Shown one piece after another: positions 63,861-64,000 of a stretch of 64,000 nucleotides of DNA. The DNA comes from Lachnospiraceae bacterium (GTDB taxonomy: Bacteria; Bacillota; Clostridia; Lachnospirales; Lachnospiraceae), in contig JAGAQG010000030.1 of NCBI GenBank assembly GCA_017622875.1, positions 211-64,210 on the forward strand, in the 5' to 3' direction. How positions within the stretch are numbered: position 1 is the first letter of the stretch; each line of letters begins with the position of its first letter. The notes under the pieces were generated by a model. It made no database searches, had not been told where the DNA came from, and saw nothing but the letters and a program-made list of their open reading frames with translations. The position numbers and the translations under genes were made by a program.

Positions 63861-64000
63861 AATATTAAAAATAGTTTTTTAAGAATTACCTCGAACATCA
63901 AAATTAAGTAAAATATTACCTTGATTTTTCAAGGAATTTCTGATATTTTATATTAGTATTCGATGCACGTCATTACACTCAAAGTAGTGTTCGGGACGCA

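Larger units (their letters stand above)
61951..64000. mobile_element. Left end of an integrated element (prophage, ICE or IME) next to tRNA-Leu; continues beyond the window
   Basis: Tyrosine integrase reading toward the tRNA, plus an upstream excisionase-type HTH gene. The exact att site was not identifiable from one end only. Confidence 0.6.

Noticed and set aside
1-64000. CRISPR arrays, rRNA genes, known defence systems (RM, CBASS, retron, Abi, TA pairs)
   Set aside because: No regularly spaced repeats, rRNA-like sequence or diagnostic domains were seen in any frame. Without a search tool I cannot exclude short or highly divergent systems.

Overview
This 64-kb window is low-GC Firmicutes (Clostridia/Lachnospiraceae-like) chromosome with mobile DNA at both ends.

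**Left end, about 1-11.4 kb: a nested mobile region.**
- About 1-4.63 kb is the right end of a Tn4451-like mobilisable transposon. It carries a MobV relaxase that runs off the window, a hairpin-dense candidate oriT, a membrane-anchored XRE regulator, a small PH-like protein and a 796-aa large serine recombinase with a repetitive charged tail.
- It appears to be inserted into the VirD4/TraG coupling-protein gene of a RepA_N/ParA/ParB-type conjugative element (about 4.63-11.4 kb).
- That element carries DUF3801 and DUF3846 proteins, an alpha/beta hydrolase, a strongly acidic orphan protein, 23-bp iterons inside the rep gene and two Cys-rich small proteins.
- tRNA-Arg(CCT) lies next to this region.

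**Chromosomal backbone, 11.7-61.9 kb: ordinary genes.**
- Sugar use: a mannose-family PTS locus with a Gfo/Idh/MocA oxidoreductase, a HAD phosphatase and an RpiR regulator; a LacI/GPH-transporter/GH13 alpha-glucosidase operon; and a second GH13 enzyme.
- Redox: trxA and a reverse rubrerythrin plus PerR-like pair that share an operator.
- Housekeeping: pdxK-like kinase, NlpC/P60 hydrolase, trmB, tRNA-Lys, MATE and DMT transporters, glgA, murG, an ECF sigma factor, mtnN, pgi, proS and cca.
- A conserved sporulation/division block: mazG-HU-S4-yabP-yabQ-divIC-spoIIE-tilS-hpt-ftsH.

**Right end:** tRNA-Tyr and tRNA-Leu are followed by a tyrosine integrase and an excisionase, marking the start of a second integrated element.

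**Hunt result.** I found no recognisable defence system, CRISPR array or clear novel multi-gene system. The observations most worth follow-up are:
- a dense DnaA-box cluster with an embedded Spo0A box upstream of trmB;
- two perfect, helically phased Spo0A boxes upstream of a sensor-less orphan histidine kinase;
- a spoIIE promoter with a 21-bp spacer in front of an unusually short SpoIIE;
- the nested transposon-in-ICE architecture;
- intragenic RepA_N iterons;
- an orphan promoter-terminator unit that could encode a C-rich sRNA;
- a 0.5-kb A-rich stretch with no listed ORF (60 aa or longer).

All family assignments come from reading the translations and motifs from memory. No database search was run.
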